NCBI GenBank assembly: GCA_900128585.1
Contig: LT642211.1
Span: 1 to 32,954 of the forward strand
Origin: Stramenopiles sp. TOSAG23-3
Lineage: Eukaryota
DNA length: 32,954 bases
Reading direction: 5' to 3'
The notes under the pieces were generated by a model, which did no database searches, had not been told where the DNA came from, and saw nothing but the letters and a program-made list of their open reading frames with translations. Both the position numbers and the translations under genes were made by a program. Of this stretch, positions 29,057-32,954 are shown piece by piece (the first letter of the stretch is position 1; each line of letters starts with the position of its first letter).

Positions 29057-31425
29057 ATGCGAGTGTCTTTTGCAGCGACAATTTTTGCTCTCTTCGCGTT
29101 CGTCGCCCTTTCGGAGGGCGTGTCGACTCGTAGTACGACGCGGCGGGCGGACACCTTTTTAGAGGTTCACGCCCGTGGCAAGATAGAGAATGGTGTCATA
29201 AAGATGAATCAGAAAATGTTGACACCGTGTGGGCCGAAGTGCATCCAAAGTGTTTTAAACGAAGCGAAGCATTTTCATGCCGGGGTGGTCTCAAAGGGCG
29301 ACTGTATGTATACAACCATTGAGGGAAACTCCGAGCCCTACTTAGACGCGGAGGGCAACGAACGGTTAACGGAAGATGAATGCGACGAGGCGGACGGGGA
29401 CTGGGTCGAGAATTTAAAAGGTGGCCCCGTCGATATCCTCTTGAACGCATTCAAGGCCTTTAATGCGCGAGACGGCGGCGTAGTGAAAATGTTTTTCACA
29501 GTGGTCACACAAGGATTTTACCTTGTTAAAGACCGACTGGTCACCTCCTTGGGGTTACACGTAAAGATGCGCACTGTGTGGGCGGAGATAAGGAACAGCG
29601 CAAGCCCAAACTTGGGCGATTATTCGATTCGCACAGAAAAAAAATCTTTGTACGATATGGCCCGCCGACAAATCCAGACATTGCTTTCTGACCCGATTGG
29701 GAACGTTTGCGGTGTACTTCCGTCTGTACAAATGGGGTTTATGGGCAACGGGGTTAGCATTAGCATGTCCGAATTGTGCGCAAGTGCCATAGCCTCTATA
29801 ATCAACAACTATATGGGTTGGATGAAAAAACAAATCAAAAATATGATAAAGAAGATATTCAAAGAAAAGGGAAGTATTGAAATGGGGAAACAAATAGTGC
29901 AAACATTAACAGCACCCGTTGGATATGTCTACAAGAAATTTGAAGATGGACTGTCACAGAAACTTGACCCGTTATTCGGCAAAATCAGGGGCATTCTCCG
30001 TGATCTGCAGGTGGCAAAGATAAACCACCGCAACGCCATGATCCAAAACGTCGCACGGGGCTACTGCTGGGACGACATGAACAAAGAAATGTTCAACGGG
30101 GATGACAAAGAGGATGAAGCGAGACAGCAATATGCTGCAGACTTGAGGAAAATCAAGTACAGAACGATACCGACACTTGATGGCCTGGACTCGGCCATTG
30201 AAGAAAGCTATGTATTGTACGAGGGGTACAAACAAGACAAGACCATCATAGACAAAATGGAACGCCTTGTGTATGCCACAAGCCTAATATTCGATCCGCG
30301 TGTGGCGAACGTTTGGACCAGTGATATGCTTGATGCCCTCATCACCTCAGTAATGACCAAGTTCTCGACCGCTATGGTATCCAAGAAACGGGGAGAAAAC
30401 ATGTTGGCCACGGCCAAGAAAGCCACTGGCCATATGAGTGGAAATAGTTTGACGCAGAGAAAAACATTTAACGACACGATGAATGCCATAAAGAATAATA
30501 TTCATGTCACGATCGAAGAGCTAGAAGCAAACCATGAAAGAGAGGTCGAAATCCTGAAAGCTGATTGCTGGAAGGATGTGAAAGGCGCACGTTGCTATTC
30601 ATTGTACCACAAACTCAGGGAAGCCAGGGCCAACGACAACCGGAACGCAACCGAGGGCAGAGGGGTTCTCGGCTGGTTCAGAGGAAAGGGTAAAGGAAAT
30701 GAGGAGCAAAAAGACGAGGAACACAAAGACGAGGTTGCGTTTCTGCAATTGGGTGCCTCGACGAGAAAGACTGCTTTGAAGAGAAATAAGCTTCAAGTGT
30801 TGTGGGGGAAAAAGAAAGGCGAGGGTTCCGGTGAGGGTTCCGACGAAGCTGCCGCAGGCTTGGTGGACGGGGACACGGATGATGATGAGGACACTGCAGC
30901 GCCAACTGTAGACAGTGCTGAAACAGGATCTGGTTCTGAAGCAGGGTCTGGTTCTGAAGCAGGGTCTGGTTCTGAAGCAGGGTCTGGTTCTGAAGCAGGG
31001 TCTGGTTNNNNNNNNNNNNNNNNNNNNNNNNNNNNTCTGAAGCAGGGTCTGGTTCTGAAGCAGGGTCTGGTTCTGAAGCAGGGTCTGGTTCTGAAGCAGG
31101 GTCTGGTTCTGAAGAGAGGGGTTGGTTTGGAAGAAGAAAAAAAACTGAAGAGCCCTTGGACCCGCAGGAGAAGAGAGGTTGGTTTGGCCGAAAAGCCGAG
31201 AAGGAGGTGGAAGGCAACCTAACAAAGAATGAGAAACGGGGCTGGTTTGGCCGAAATATAGAGAACAACAGCCCCGAGGAACCTGAAGAAGAGAATAAAT
31301 TGGAGAAGGTACTGAAAGAAATGAAAGAGGCTGGTTGCCCAGACGAAAGCACATTAGAAGACCAGTGGATGAACGAAGCGGTCGCATTTTTAGAATTTGA
31401 CGGCGGCAGACCCTACAAAGTGTAG
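29057..31425 (+). CDS. Secreted hypothetical protein spanning an assembly gap; true C-terminus is in the 31036-31425 frame
   Basis: Signal peptide MRVSFAATIFALFAFVALSEG from ATG 29057. The SEAGSG repeat continues after the N gap if read from 31036, giving ...SEERGWFGRRKKTEEPLDPQEKRGWFGRK...AVAFLEFDGGRPYKV-TAG. The apparent frameshift comes from the gap length. Confidence 0.83.
30917..31113 (+). repeat. 18 bp coding minisatellite (TCTGAAGCAGGGTCTGGT, SEAGSG) with unresolved copy number
   Basis: One degenerate and four perfect units precede the gap; four perfect units follow it. Confidence 0.96.
31008..31035. other. Assembly gap (28 N)
   Basis: Run of N inside the 18 bp repeat. Confidence 0.99.
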
Positions 31426-31836
31426 AGTCAATGCGTAGCGCACGTTTTGCATTCACAAAGACAAATAGTTTAACGAGCTAGAGGTAAGAAAAATTTTCTG
31501 TTTTATTTTATTTGCAAGTTTTGAAGCTTGAGATTTGTTACTACAGCTTGTTTACGATTTCGAGATTGTGAGCATGGCATATTTTGAGGGCTGGGGATTC
31601 AGATTCGCCAGCTTCTTTTCGTTTTTTAAATAATTTTGCGTCCCAAAGATTTTCCTCTATTTTTAAAATCGAATGTGTTAAGGAAAATAATCATAATGAT
31701 TTATTTATCTATAGTTTTACAATATTATATTTATATAAAAATAAAGACATCGCCTTAAATTCGTTTTTTTAATTCGGTCGTGGTGGGTTCTAATTTGGCA
31801 GGGCATCTTCGGCAGTTGTCGTTGGGAAGGAGACCC

Positions 31837-32952
31837 TCAGTCTTCAAAGTCTTCATCATTCGCGTAGTCTTCGTCATCGTACACATCCATAGATTCTTTC
31901 TCGTCGTCTCGAAACAACCCAGATTTGTCCTTCTTTGCTTTGTTTTTCCAATTTTTCCCGTCTTGTGAATTGAAGACAGCTGCGCCCACTTTTTCCAGCG
32001 CTGCACGGCGAGCTTGTTCTTTCCTCTTTTGGATCTTGTGTTGGTCAAACAAATACACCCTGTTGTCTACCGCCCTTTGGACGTCCTCTCGTAACTTTTG
32101 CAGGCGACGCTGCATTTGCTCTTCGTTTTCTTTCGCCAACTGTTTTGGGTCAGTCCGGCGAGCATTGGGCATCTCTTTCATGCGCTTCTGGAGTTCTTTG
32201 GTAATTTCTTTCGAAGTTCGGAGCATGGCTTTGTTCTTTTCTTCCTCTAATCTAATCGACTCTTCCTCTTCTCTTACCTTCTTGGAAAGCGTTTGCTTCA
32301 CGAGCTGCTCTTTTTGCTTGGATTTCTTGGTGTGCCTCGTAATTGGCTGCTTCTGTCGTTTCATCGCCGCGGCAAGCTTTTTCAAGCGGTTCTGCTTCTC
32401 CTCTTGCTTTCTTTTTGTTTCCTCCACGTCCATCTTTATTTTCGCTTGCTTCTTTTCACGGCGGAGGCGCTCCTCCTCTTTCCGCTCGTCGCTGAGAAAA
32501 CTGAATGGCTGAATCTTTAACTTCGGCCGCGCTGCTTTTGAGCGCTGAATTTGCTCGTTGAAACGCTTTTGGGATCGCTGGAACGATTTTCGCAGCTCCT
32601 GGGCGGACATTTTCGATTTCGACGACTCCCGCGTTTGGTGCGCGTTGCTGCTTCGTCCCCGTTCTAACTTTTCTTGCCGTTTCCTCAGCCCCTCCGTCAT
32701 TTCCCATTTCTCCATGCGTGCCGGTTTGGAGGCTTGCGACATCAATTTCTCCGCGCGGCGGGCAATCCGCGCCTTTCTCTCTACTTCTTTGGATTGGTAT
32801 AGCTCTGCGGCTCGGACGGCCTTTGCCGCTCGGCGCTCTTGTTGCAGCCGTTTGGCCTTCTTCTGCGCTTCCACTTCTGCTTTCTTCCGGGCCTCTTCCG
32901 CCAACCGCTTCTCTTCGCGCCGTTTCTTTCGATCGTTTTGCTCCTTCTCTCG
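31837..32952 (-). CDS. Coiled-coil protein, FAM161/UPF0564-like (centriole/cilium), 5' end outside the window
   Basis: The frame is open to the window edge and K/E/R-rich. Motifs QPFSFLSDERK and VQRAVDNRVYLFDQ recall FAM161 PFSF and VxxRPLLFE. It ends in an acidic tail and TGA. The family call is moderate. Confidence 0.7.
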   Translation of the reverse strand, partial: REKEQNDRKKRREEKRLAEEARKKAEVEAQKKAKRLQQERRAAKAVRAAELYQSKEVERKARIARRAEKLMSQASKPARMEKWEMTEGLRKRQEKLERGRSSNAHQTRESSKSKMSAQELRKSFQRSQKRFNEQIQRSKAARPKLKIQPFSFLSDERKEEERLRREKKQAKIKMDVEETKRKQEEKQNRLKKLAAAMKRQKQPITRHTKKSKQKEQLVKQTLSKKVREEEESIRLEEEKNKAMLRTSKEITKELQKRMKEMPNARRTDPKQLAKENEEQMQRRLQKLREDVQRAVDNRVYLFDQHKIQKRKEQARRAALEKVGAAVFNSQDGKNWKNKAKKDKSGLFRDDEKESMDVYDDEDYANDEDFED

Positions 32953-32954
32953 CT

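Noticed and set aside
30917-31113. CRISPR-like appearance of the short regular repeats
   Set aside because: The 18 bp units are head-to-tail with no spacers, lie within a eukaryotic CDS, and no cas genes are present.
31036-31222. LKQGLV repeat C-terminus and an apparent frameshift/pseudogene in the 28919 ORF
   Set aside because: This is an artefact of the 28-N gap length. The SEAGSG frame continues to the stop at 31425.
1-32954. Genome-wide UGA reassignment (to Cys or Trp) as the explanation of the in-frame TGA
   Set aside because: Several thousand codons of Cys/Trp-containing ORFs here contain no internal TGA, and TGA plausibly terminates the 31837 gene. It cannot be fully excluded from one window.

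Overview
A compact, apparently intron-free eukaryotic window: GC-richer coding blocks separated by AT-rich, microsatellite-laden spacers. The organism is probably a heterotrophic protist (a stramenopile-like lineage is a guess). I find about 14 genes: a 5'-truncated P1B copper ATPase, a large secreted EGF/VWD protein, eIF4A, a PP1 inhibitor-3 (PPP1R11/Ypi1) homolog, a secreted peptidoglycan-binding/YkuD-like enzyme, an MBS1-like zinc finger, a 5'-truncated FAM161-like coiled-coil gene, four further orphan secreted proteins and three unknowns. The main finding is missed by the ORF track. The inhibitor-3 gene (10885-11259, minus) has an in-frame TGA exactly at a conserved Cys of the SKxCCIY motif (SKKC-U-IYHKPKAF), conserved coding sequence continues after it, and a SECIS-like stem-loop lies just past the true stop. 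This is a candidate selenocysteine-containing PP1 regulator, a selenoprotein family I do not know to have been described. Other notable items: a bacterial-type L,D-transpeptidase-like enzyme, secreted proteins sharing [S/T/A]F[L/V][E/Q/D] motifs, prohormone-like KR-GWF-GR repeats hidden behind an assembly gap, a split saposin-like protein, and a ~95 bp structured dispersed repeat present twice.
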